Shown here in pieces: positions 1 through 8,391 of a stretch of 42,140 nt of DNA. Each line of letters starts with the position of its first letter. The stretch's first letter is position 1. The stretch covers positions 1-42,140 of the IMG/VR virus record IMGVR_UViG_3300048576_000598. One strand, 5' to 3'. A model generated the notes under the pieces. That model searched no databases and had not been told where the DNA came from. It saw only the letters and a program-made list of their open reading frames with translations. Position numbers and translations under genes: made by a program. This DNA is from a virus (taxonomy: Duplodnaviria > Caudoviricetes).

Positions 1-462
1 CTATAGCCCGACGAGGATGACGGTCTCGGCCTGACGTCTTGCCACGAGACCCGGCAGCATCCGCCCTCCTCCATGAACCCACCGTCCAAGTTCCGTCGCT
101 GCCGATGGCCAGTTCCGCTGGTTAATTCGCCGCCGCAGTGTCGACGTCTGCAGTCGTCCGGCACCGAGGTTTAAGGTGAAATCGACTATGGCCGCGAGAC
201 GCCCATCAGACTCAGTCGCCAACACCGGACAGTAACGCAAGGTGGCCCGGAGCGCAGTTTGCAGATCTTGCGCCAGATATGCTTCGGCTTCATTCTTCGT
301 GATGGGTGGATGATTCTGGTCGCACAGATGACCAAAGCCGATTGTCCAGTAGCCAGCCGGGCAGATGTAGGGATAGGCCCGGTGGGGGTCGTGCTTCGGC
401 ACCCGGTGGAAGCCCTCGAAGCGCTTGGCCAGATCGATGGCCGGTTTCGGAACCTCAATCAC
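1..462 (-). CDS. Endolysin, phage lysozyme (GH24)
   Basis: FEG...Y.CPAGYWTIGFGH catalytic region and C-terminal LPGLVARRQAE typical of GH24 endolysins. Confidence 0.93.
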   Translation of the reverse strand: MIEVPKPAIDLAKRFEGFHRVPKHDPHRAYPYICPAGYWTIGFGHLCDQNHPPITKNEAEAYLAQDLQTALRATLRYCPVLATESDGRLAAIVDFTLNLGAGRLQTSTLRRRINQRNWPSAATELGRWVHGGGRMLPGLVARRQAETVILVGL

Positions 463-935
463 GGTCGCACCCGATCAAACACGCGCCCGAGGAACCAGAA
501 GTTCAGCACCCCGGCCCACAGCGCCTGATCGGCATCCGTCCAGGCGTGCAGGATTGCCGTGCCCCACCCCGCACCTGCAGTGACGGCAGCAGCAAACGCC
601 GCCGTCTTGGCAGCGCAGTAGAGCGCCATGAACCAGTAGGTGAGCACCGGTCGCACGCTGATCGACAAAGCATCGGCCCATCGGACACCGGAACGTTGCC
701 CCTGCGCCGCCACCGCTTCGCGTAAGGCATCGATGGCTCCGGTATTCCAAGCCGCATCGGCAGCAGCACCAATCTCGCCCATCCGCTGCGCGCCACGTAG
801 TTTCTCGAACTCCAGCGCCTTATCCTGCATCGCCAGTTCGTGGCCGCGCTCACCCTTGCGGTCGAGCCATTTCAGGATTTCCGGGGCGAGCCGGAAGGCC
901 CCGCCGAGGAGGCCACCGAGCAGAGTCTCGATCAT
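459..935 (-). CDS. Membrane protein, putative holin
   Basis: Hydrophobic segments (N-terminus, VRPVLTYWFMALY, ALWAGVLNFWFLGR); stop overlaps endolysin start. Confidence 0.6.
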   Translation of the reverse strand: MIETLLGGLLGGAFRLAPEILKWLDRKGERGHELAMQDKALEFEKLRGAQRMGEIGAAADAAWNTGAIDALREAVAAQGQRSGVRWADALSISVRPVLTYWFMALYCAAKTAAFAAAVTAGAGWGTAILHAWTDADQALWAGVLNFWFLGRVFDRVRP

Positions 936-1225
936 TGCCCACCTCCGAACAGCTTGAGTTTCAGGAATGCGCCGGCCAGCAGCGCCATCACCAGGCCAGT
1001 GACCAACATCTTCACGACGGTCAGGCCAGCGGTTTTCTTGGCCTCGTTGAAGGCATCAAGCAGACCGCGCAGTTCGCGGATGTCGTGCGCAGCCTCCGGC
1101 CCGTCGAGGCCGACGTCGGCCAGCGCATGCCGGGCACCGCGTTCGGCAGCGAGTTCCAGCATCGCCTCGAACTCCTCCTGCGGGATGGTCACCATCTTCC
1201 GGCGCTCCATTGGTGTGGAATCCAT
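932..1225 (-). CDS. DUF6127-like small membrane protein of the lysis cassette (97 aa)
   Basis: Start moved to ATG 1225 (GGAGG RBS upstream); AAERGARHALADVGL motif and single C-terminal TM helix. Confidence 0.65.
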   Translation of the reverse strand: MDSTPMERRKMVTIPQEEFEAMLELAAERGARHALADVGLDGPEAAHDIRELRGLLDAFNEAKKTAGLTVVKMLVTGLVMALLAGAFLKLKLFGGGQ

Positions 1226-1245
1226 GTTTTCGTCCTCCAGAAATG

Positions 1246-1269
1246 CAAAACCCGCCTCGTGGGCGGGTT
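1246..1269 (-). terminator. Intrinsic terminator between tail genes and lysis cassette
   Basis: Minus strand AACCCGCC-CACGA-GGCGGGTT-TTGCATTT, about 20 nt after the stop at 1291. Confidence 0.7.
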
Positions 1270-1290
1270 CGCGTGGTTGGTGAAACAGTG

Positions 1291-1641
1291 TCAGATGGCG
1301 ATGCCGGCACTCCAGCCTGTCGCTTTGTAGGCTGAGAGCACGGCCTCGTCCTCGACGTAGCAAAGCCAACCAATCTTGGGCACGTAATACTCCCAGGCGC
1401 TCGCCACGCGGACAGCGATCTGATTCGTCTTGCCGGCCCAGACGCCAGTTGCAGCGGCTGGAATGATGTAGCGATCACCATCGATGGGACTTGCCGGCGG
1501 CGCGGTCAGATCCCGATCCTTGACCGAGAGTCCGACCACCGCGCCAAGCCGTTTCAGATTGGTGTCCATGCTGGTATGCCAGCCCGACTCACCGAGTGTC
1601 CAGCCGTAGGTGAGTCCGAGATTGGGATCCGTGCTTGCCAT
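1291..1641 (-). CDS. DUF2793-domain tail-associated protein
   Basis: PPASPIDGDRYIIPAAATGVWAGKTNQIA...W...P..GW signature; last gene of the tail module. Confidence 0.8.
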   Translation of the reverse strand: MASTDPNLGLTYGWTLGESGWHTSMDTNLKRLGAVVGLSVKDRDLTAPPASPIDGDRYIIPAAATGVWAGKTNQIAVRVASAWEYYVPKIGWLCYVEDEAVLSAYKATGWSAGIAI

Positions 1642-3851
1642 TAAATGCCTCCGTAGTATTTGCCATAGTTCAGGCCGTACCCTGCGCGGTCGACGCTGCG
1701 GGTCTGTTTCTGCCAGCTGGTGTAGCCAGCGCGCACGGCTTCAATCTCAACATTGAACTTGCCGTTGATGCGACCCAGTCCGCTATCGGTCGCCTCGTCA
1801 GCCGTGAGATACGTCCAGGCGGTCGTGGTGAGCCCCGTCAGGGTTTTCTGGAGCGAGTTGTTCTCGTTGTAGAAGCGCACCGTGTAGGTCACGCCCGCCT
1901 CCGGGCCGATGTTGCCCTCCGACTGCGTCACCAGATAGACCGTCTGCTGCATGCGGTCACGGTGGGCCCAGGTGAGTGCAATCTGACCGAGAATCGTCGT
2001 CGGCCACATCACGTTATTCACCTTCACGTTCCCCGGTGGATAGGGACGGATCATGCGGCCTGCAAACGTGTAGCTGTCTGCTGGTGCTGCGGATTCCGCC
2101 AGTCGTCCAAGGCCAGTCGCCGGCAGCATCTTGACCTGCAGCGACTCGCCAGAGAGGTATTGCTCGGTGACGAGCGCCTCGAACGCATCGGCGAACCAGA
2201 TGCGCGCGGATGCCAGATGCGGCGCCGGCACTGTATCGAGCACGCCGCGATCCACCGTGACGGTGCCCGCCACCAGATTGATCGCCTTGACCGCCACGAT
2301 CTCGTTGTCGAGGTAGGCGTAGGTGTTGAGCTTCACAATGTCCAGGTCTTGGCCATTGCCGATGCTGACCACCGTGGCCTGCTCATCACAGGCATTGATG
2401 AGCGTCGCATTCGGCGTGAAGCCCATCGTATCCACCTCAACGTAGGTGGCGCTGCCCTGGCGCGTCAGCAGCTTGACGTTGAGCGAATCACCGGATGGAC
2501 GACTCGCACAGACCACCAGTAGCCCGCCTTGGGGGTCGAGTTCGTTTTGTGCAGTCGCCGATTCGCCGACTACCCGTTTGACCACGGTCCACCACGGCGC
2601 TTCGTTCAACCGGCGATACGGCACCGGGGCTGGCGATGTCAGCGGCGACACCCATGAAGTCGGGGTCGGGGACACGTAGGAGGCGGACGGCAGGCCGAAG
2701 ATGTCTTCCACGCACTCGATTCGCACCCGACCGTCGGTCAGCGTGCCATAGGACACGCGCACGACTCGCATCACCAGTTGCGCAATACCCAGTTCCGGCC
2801 AGGTGAACTTGAATACATCGCCGATATTGAGATTCGATGCCTGCCGATTGGCGATCAGCGTGGCCTTGGCCAGCGGTACCGAGAGTTGCTTGAGGTCGCC
2901 CAGCGCCACGCGGGAGGCCAGGCTGCCATTGCTGATTCCTGGATAGTCGACCGTCGCCGACGAAACCACACCACCCGCCAGTTCCAGTGCCGCCAAGTCA
3001 TGCACCGTGATGGCGGCGTCCTTGTCGGTGGAACGATCCCGGTAACGGACGGTGATCTGATTGACGAGTTCCGATTCCGAGGGCCGGGAGAAACTCTCCA
3101 GTTCAAGAATGTTCGAGGCATCAAGCACCAGCAGGCTGGCAACGTTGTAGTCAGCCCGAGCCAGTTTCAGAACGAACTTGCCGGTACGCGGATGGACATA
3201 GAGCGTGCCATCAATGTGCCGGAGTATCTCGGCGATGAATTCCTCCAGCGGCTGCTCGCGATCCCAAAGCAAGGACAGTCCGTACTGCTCCGAGGCCAGC
3301 GTGTTGGCTGCCGTCTGGAAACTGCTCGCATCGATTTCGCTGGCGGCATAGCCCAGGCCCCAGGTGGCATTGTTCAGGCACTCGTAAATGATGTGTGCCG
3401 GGTTGGCATCACCATTGATGTAGCCACTCCCCAGGGCGGCCGGAGCCGGGATGCGTCGTGCCTCGATGCTCCACGGCTTGATGTAGGGGTTCATCGCCGA
3501 CAGTTGGCACTGCTGAACGATGATCGAGACCACCCCTCGGAAGGCCGGAATGACGCTACCGAGTTTCTGCTGCAGATAGCCCGAGATTGTTTCCGCCGGC
3601 CCGCCCAGCTTGACCTCGACGTAACCCTGAACGCCACCCTCACGAGAATCCCCGCCGAAGAGCTCCGGGGCATTGACGTAGAGCGTCTGCGAGGACGTGA
3701 CGCTGCCACTCCACGCCGTGCGTTCGCCGACGATGATTCGCGTCACCGCATCCACCGGGCCGTGGCAGATCGCCAGGTGCAATCCGGCGTAATAGCGATG
3801 GCCGACGACATACGATGACGAACCGCCACCGCCTTTACCTCCGCCACCCAT
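1641..3851 (-). CDS. Tail tip / central tail (host-specificity) protein, GTA-type phage tail family
   Basis: 736 aa; GLHLAICHGPVD, PAFRGV, NPAHIIYE, RGVLDT motifs typical of siphophage hub/central-fibre proteins; follows BR0599 gene. Confidence 0.8.
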   Translation of the reverse strand: MGGGGKGGGGSSSYVVGHRYYAGLHLAICHGPVDAVTRIIVGERTAWSGSVTSSQTLYVNAPELFGGDSREGGVQGYVEVKLGGPAETISGYLQQKLGSVIPAFRGVVSIIVQQCQLSAMNPYIKPWSIEARRIPAPAALGSGYINGDANPAHIIYECLNNATWGLGYAASEIDASSFQTAANTLASEQYGLSLLWDREQPLEEFIAEILRHIDGTLYVHPRTGKFVLKLARADYNVASLLVLDASNILELESFSRPSESELVNQITVRYRDRSTDKDAAITVHDLAALELAGGVVSSATVDYPGISNGSLASRVALGDLKQLSVPLAKATLIANRQASNLNIGDVFKFTWPELGIAQLVMRVVRVSYGTLTDGRVRIECVEDIFGLPSASYVSPTPTSWVSPLTSPAPVPYRRLNEAPWWTVVKRVVGESATAQNELDPQGGLLVVCASRPSGDSLNVKLLTRQGSATYVEVDTMGFTPNATLINACDEQATVVSIGNGQDLDIVKLNTYAYLDNEIVAVKAINLVAGTVTVDRGVLDTVPAPHLASARIWFADAFEALVTEQYLSGESLQVKMLPATGLGRLAESAAPADSYTFAGRMIRPYPPGNVKVNNVMWPTTILGQIALTWAHRDRMQQTVYLVTQSEGNIGPEAGVTYTVRFYNENNSLQKTLTGLTTTAWTYLTADEATDSGLGRINGKFNVEIEAVRAGYTSWQKQTRSVDRAGYGLNYGKYYGGI

Positions 3852-4058
3852 TTACGTCATCTCCTGATGTTGCTCGCGCTGCTGTTCGACGGCATCGGCC
3901 AGCCGGCACGCCATGGCATCGCCTGTGGCGCGCAGCCAGTCGGCGGTCACGCCGTGTTGCCGGAAATCGTCGAAGGTCACGCCATCGCGCGGGAACCACT
4001 TGCGCAGGCCGGCGTTGCAGTAGCCGAAGGCCTTGGCGTCGTCGTGCGTCACATTCAT
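3852..4058 (-). CDS. Small tail assembly protein (68 aa)
   Basis: Coupled to neighbours; YCNAGLRKWF...F..F...G...L.ATGDA pattern seen in this tail-tip type. Confidence 0.65.
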   Translation of the reverse strand: MNVTHDDAKAFGYCNAGLRKWFPRDGVTFDDFRQHGVTADWLRATGDAMACRLADAVEQQREQHQEMT

Positions 4059-4294
4059 TTCTTGCCTCCGCTACCAGACGATTGGCGAATCTCGGTAGTC
4101 TTGACGTCGCCGTACCAAACGACGTTAGCCTGACGGATGACGCGCGTGCCGAACAACACAGGAATGGGTTTCCCGGATTCCGCCACTGGCACATCGAGGT
4201 TACCCGGCGTGGCGGAAGCAGGCTTGGGCGGCTTCGGCGCAAGCAGCATGCCGATGACCGTGGTGATCACCCAGATTGCAATCTGTACCCACAT
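4055..4294 (-). CDS. Small tail assembly protein (79 aa)
   Basis: Start moved to ATG 4294 (GAGG RBS); hydrophobic N-terminus, P.AESGKPIPVLFGT...NVVWYGD motif. Confidence 0.7.
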   Translation of the reverse strand: MWVQIAIWVITTVIGMLLAPKPPKPASATPGNLDVPVAESGKPIPVLFGTRVIRQANVVWYGDVKTTEIRQSSGSGGKK

Positions 4295-4304
4295 GGATCT
4301 GTCC

Positions 4305-5102
4305 TCAGACGATGGAATCCCCGGCAAAGGGGTTCTTGGCGGGAATCCAGGGGAAACCGCCGAAATTGAGACTGTTGCCAAACTTGGACTGGCAGGTGGC
4401 AAACGTCCGGTCGCAGCCGGCAAAGGCCTCGAACGCCACCCCTGCGGCCAGTCCCGGCAGCACCGCCGAGAGCGTGATGGTGTCGCCGGAGTGATTGGTA
4501 ATCATGCGCGGCACGCCGCCCACGCGCAGATAGCCCCCGGTCAGCCAACCTGATGCTTGCGACAGGAAGGTACTGGAGATGACATTCAGTCCGGAGAAAG
4601 ACGCCACCGTGCCGGCCAACTTGTAGGCCTGGTTGTTCACGCCGCATCCCGGATCGAACAGCGCATGGCGGCAACCGGTCTGGTAATAGGCACGCAAGCC
4701 AGGGCGTTTCAGGGCCGTGAAGATCGACTCGCAACGAATCTTCGCGGTACTACCCATGAAGGCGACAGAGGCCACGCGCCCCTTCCACCAGGTGATGTAC
4801 TCGGAGTCACCGAGGTGATTGCGGAACACCGTGAGCGACACGACGCCGTTGGGACGCGCGGCCGCGAAGAGCTGCGCCACGGCGAAATCACGTGCGCATT
4901 CGAGGTCGATGCCATTCCGAGCAAACTCCGGTGACTGCTCGACCGCCGAGCGGCGGATCACGGCGGGTTGGTAGCTCTCGACCTGATAGGTGATCGCCTC
5001 GCGACCGCTCGTCACCGTCCACACCAACTGGCCGAGGACGAAGCGATAAAGTTCCACCGGCTGGCCGGCGGCCGCCGAGATTTCCTGCGTGTTGTAGCTC
5101 AT
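4305..5102 (-). CDS. Phage BR0599/DUF2163 family tail tip protein
   Basis: C...LFD.GC and C-terminal AGCDRTFATC..KFGN..NFGGFPWIP..NPF. Confidence 0.88.
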   Translation of the reverse strand: MSYNTQEISAAAGQPVELYRFVLGQLVWTVTSGREAITYQVESYQPAVIRRSAVEQSPEFARNGIDLECARDFAVAQLFAAARPNGVVSLTVFRNHLGDSEYITWWKGRVASVAFMGSTAKIRCESIFTALKRPGLRAYYQTGCRHALFDPGCGVNNQAYKLAGTVASFSGLNVISSTFLSQASGWLTGGYLRVGGVPRMITNHSGDTITLSAVLPGLAAGVAFEAFAGCDRTFATCQSKFGNSLNFGGFPWIPAKNPFAGDSIV

Positions 5103-5115
5103 TCGTGGATCCTGG

Positions 5116-6804
5116 TTACGACTTCACGCTGCGCATCGGTAGCGAGACTTCCGCCACACTGTCCGTCTGCCAGTTGATTTCGATCTGGTCGGCGTCGAGT
5201 CGGGTCTTCTCCAGAAAGTAGATGGCGACCCAATCCTCGGGATTGGCATCGAAGCCGAAGGATTGGTTGATTGCCATTACTTCTTCGTCGCCGGTAGTGC
5301 CCGCCCCGAAACTCGTGATGGTGCGGAAGTACCAGGTGCCGTTCTTGTGCAGGAAGGCCGCTTCCGTTCGACCTGGCATCGGGTTGAAGTACAAGGCGTA
5401 GCCGCGCGAGGCCACGGTCATCACCGTCTGGTTGGAGAGGATTTTCTTGGTCGGGACGATGGAGGCTTCCCATGTGGGGTGCCAGAACGCCGTCAGACGG
5501 CCCAGCCGGGCAGCCAGCCAGCCCCGGAAAGCCGCAATCTCCGCACGGTTCTTGAAGAGGTAGTCGAAGGAGCGCCGCACGAAGGGACGCGCGGCATGGT
5601 CATCCACTGCCGTGATGCCGGTCTCGAAATCCAGCACCTCGGCCAGTCGCAGGTAGTCGGCATCGACATCACGCACTCGATTCGGACGCGCCGTCCACAC
5701 TGGCGTTGAATTGAAGGTCGTCGTCGACTCCTGTTTCGCGATGGCCGTGGTTCCGGCGATGTCGAACACCAGACGAGCCCGGGCGATGGCGTCGGTCACA
5801 CGCGACACTGCCTGCGTTACTCGCAGACGGGCCGTGCGCGCCGGCGTCACGAACGCACCTGCAGGCCAGGTCTGCAGCAACGGTTGCTTCAGGGTCACGG
5901 CATTGCTCGCCACCGACAGCACTTCCGCCGCCTCGGTATTGCGGCTGTCGGTACCGATTACCAGCAGACCGTCGGCCTCGTATTCGAGATTGGTAGTGGT
6001 CAACGGAATCACCGTACTGCCGGCCGTGACCGTGGCTGCCAGGACTGCCTTGTCCGGCCAGATGGGCAACGCATAAACCCGGGACTGCCAGCTTGAGAGC
6101 AGCACATCGAGCAGCGCTGCATCGTCGCGGCCGACCAGGATCGAGAATTCCAGCGAACGGCGCGGCTTGGTGCGCAGACTGACCCGCTGCTCGGTACCGT
6201 CGCGGGCGGCCAGCACGTCGGTCGCCCACATCAGGCGCTCCAACCAGCCATCCGCCCAGTTGGGTTTCAGACCGAAGACCACGACGCGCCGACCAGAGAT
6301 CGACAAGGTCGGTGCCTCGTCGGGAAACTGGAAAGTGAAACTCGCTTCGATCACAGGAGGCCCGTCGAGGCTGACCGAGACGTTGTGCAGGCGCGACTCC
6401 AGCATTCCGTAAGTGGTCGGCGGATTCGCCGGGGCAGCGAGCGTGATGCCGCCATCGTTCTGGCCCACGACCGCCGACAGGGTCTTGGGGGCGAAATGGG
6501 CGTTCCAGACCTCGACCTGGCGCATCTGCGTCGACAGCAGGTTGCCCAGTGCGATCTTGGCCGGCAGCAGGTGGACGTGGTGATACCAGTCCTGCTCGAA
6601 CTGACGAACGATATTTCCCGTAAAGCCCACCACGATCTCGGCGACCGGCAGGTTGTTGGTCATCGCCCCCGCACCGGGCGGGTTGCTGGCCACGGTCCCC
6701 GGGTAAGGCAACGTCAAGGGGGCTGGCAGGAACTTGTAGGCCGCACCGTAGGCGGGATCAGACGGCAATCCGGACGGCAGAATGGCTCCAGCGTAAGTCG
6801 TCAT
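5116..6804 (-). CDS. Virion structural protein (distal tail region, 562 aa)
   Basis: Position between tape measure and BR0599 gene; W.TDVL.A.DGTEQR.SLR..PRR motif. Confidence 0.7.
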   Translation of the reverse strand: MTTYAGAILPSGLPSDPAYGAAYKFLPAPLTLPYPGTVASNPPGAGAMTNNLPVAEIVVGFTGNIVRQFEQDWYHHVHLLPAKIALGNLLSTQMRQVEVWNAHFAPKTLSAVVGQNDGGITLAAPANPPTTYGMLESRLHNVSVSLDGPPVIEASFTFQFPDEAPTLSISGRRVVVFGLKPNWADGWLERLMWATDVLAARDGTEQRVSLRTKPRRSLEFSILVGRDDAALLDVLLSSWQSRVYALPIWPDKAVLAATVTAGSTVIPLTTTNLEYEADGLLVIGTDSRNTEAAEVLSVASNAVTLKQPLLQTWPAGAFVTPARTARLRVTQAVSRVTDAIARARLVFDIAGTTAIAKQESTTTFNSTPVWTARPNRVRDVDADYLRLAEVLDFETGITAVDDHAARPFVRRSFDYLFKNRAEIAAFRGWLAARLGRLTAFWHPTWEASIVPTKKILSNQTVMTVASRGYALYFNPMPGRTEAAFLHKNGTWYFRTITSFGAGTTGDEEVMAINQSFGFDANPEDWVAIYFLEKTRLDADQIEINWQTDSVAEVSLPMRSVKS

Positions 6805-7559
6805 TTCAGAAATCCGTAGCCGCCGTAGCTCATACTGAAGACCATCCAGTCGCTACCACCCAGCGTGACGATGTCCTTGTTCACGTACTGTCCGTTCATG
6901 CGCAACAAGCGCACACCGGGCGCGAAACCCATCATCGAGTAGAAGTAGCTTGGCGTCGGACGACCAACTTCAATCGTGCAGGGATACAGGGGTGTCACGC
7001 CGTTGAAGGCGATGGGCGAATAGCTGTCGAGTTGGCGCGTGGTAGCGTTGTAGAAGGCCCGCACTGCATCCGTGCCGGAGGTGCCGACCTTCCACTTGTT
7101 CGTATTGCCGTCGATGTCGGCTCGCACATAGGTGCTGTAGGTGTCCGACAGGAAAGCACCGCCAGTGAACGTGCAGGCCTTGGTGATCGCCCCGAAGATG
7201 AGGGGCCCGTAAGTGGTGCTGGCCGTCTGCACGATGCAGTAACACCAGCCGTCGCCACCGAAGAGGAAATACTCGGCGCTGCCCGACATCTGCGACACGG
7301 AGAACGAACCCGAAGCGACGGTTTGCGAACTGTAGGCCAATCCACTACTGAAACTCGTCGATCCATACCAGGCGACGTAGCTCGCATAGGAATGCAGGTT
7401 AACGAACTGACCACTGGCGGCGTGCTGCAAATGCAGACGGTAGTAGCCGGCATCCGCCTGATACATCAACTGCGTGTAACCGCAGGAGCCGATGGCAAAG
7501 AGCCGAATCTTGTCGAGGAGATCGTTCGGCGAGGTGGTGATGCCGGATTGAAATGCCAT
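6801..7559 (-). CDS. Virion structural protein (252 aa)
   Basis: Tail-module position; N-terminus MAFQSG.T....DLL similar to adjacent gene. Confidence 0.65.
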   Translation of the reverse strand: MAFQSGITTSPNDLLDKIRLFAIGSCGYTQLMYQADAGYYRLHLQHAASGQFVNLHSYASYVAWYGSTSFSSGLAYSSQTVASGSFSVSQMSGSAEYFLFGGDGWCYCIVQTASTTYGPLIFGAITKACTFTGGAFLSDTYSTYVRADIDGNTNKWKVGTSGTDAVRAFYNATTRQLDSYSPIAFNGVTPLYPCTIEVGRPTPSYFYSMMGFAPGVRLLRMNGQYVNKDIVTLGGSDWMVFSMSYGGYGFLK

Positions 7560-7581
7560 TGATTACCTCACACGGGCCGCA

Positions 7582-8388
7582 TTACGCTAGTTTTAGGGCC
7601 CAGTAGTCGCTGTAGCCGGTGCGGAACACGTCCTGCACCACCAGATGATCGACGCCGCCGACGTTGATGATGTTCTCGACGGCATTGGCGTAGCCCGGTA
7701 CGCAGTAGCAGCCTTCCATCTCACCCAAGCCGGCCAGGATGAAGGGCAGCAGCGGGTAAGAGCCATCGGGACATTCGCGGGTGTTGCTGCCCCAACTGTT
7801 CGGCCACATTGCCGACACCCCGGTCCAGACGCCGGTCGGCGCGTAGTACGCGCCTGAGTAGCCCTGCGACTTTGGCAGGTGGTTGCGGTAGGTGTAGGAA
7901 TTGCTCCAGCGCGTCGAACTGTTGTACGTGCCGCCGACCAGCAGCGGATACGGGTACTGACCCGGCGTCGCATAAGGCAGGAACAACCCGAGGTGCAGCA
8001 TTTCGTAATACGTACCGGTCTTGGCGATCATCACGATCCGCCGACCGTTGGCCACAATCCAGTACGGCATCGCCGATGCCATGAGCAGCGCGTAAAACGT
8101 CCCGCTCGGGTTGTACTGGCCATCGAAGGTCTGCGCCGGATTCCAGCCGACGAAGCCGCGCAGTTTCCAGTTGCCATAGTCCGCGCCAGCCTCGGACAGG
8201 ATGCCGACGTTAATTTGCTCCGTACCGGCAAGCCCGGGGCCCTGGAGTACCAGTTCGGCCGGCGGTCCGGGTACCCAGCGCAGCACTGACCAGCGCTCGT
8301 TGGCCGGCAGCATGTCCTGGGTGACGAACTGCTTGAGCCGGTTCAGCAGATCGAGATAATCGGTGGCGGTGCCACTGGTAAAAGCCAT
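7582..8388 (-). CDS. Virion structural protein (268 aa)
   Basis: Directly follows tape measure; YLPYATP.QYPYPL-like and GEMEGCY.V.G motifs. Confidence 0.68.
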   Translation of the reverse strand: MAFTSGTATDYLDLLNRLKQFVTQDMLPANERWSVLRWVPGPPAELVLQGPGLAGTEQINVGILSEAGADYGNWKLRGFVGWNPAQTFDGQYNPSGTFYALLMASAMPYWIVANGRRIVMIAKTGTYYEMLHLGLFLPYATPGQYPYPLLVGGTYNSSTRWSNSYTYRNHLPKSQGYSGAYYAPTGVWTGVSAMWPNSWGSNTRECPDGSYPLLPFILAGLGEMEGCYCVPGYANAVENIINVGGVDHLVVQDVFRTGYSDYWALKLA

Positions 8389-8391
8389 GGC

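Noticed and set aside
1291-8388. Diversity-generating retroelement or invertible tail-fibre cassette
   Set aside because: No reverse transcriptase, template/variable repeat pair or inverted fibre segments seen
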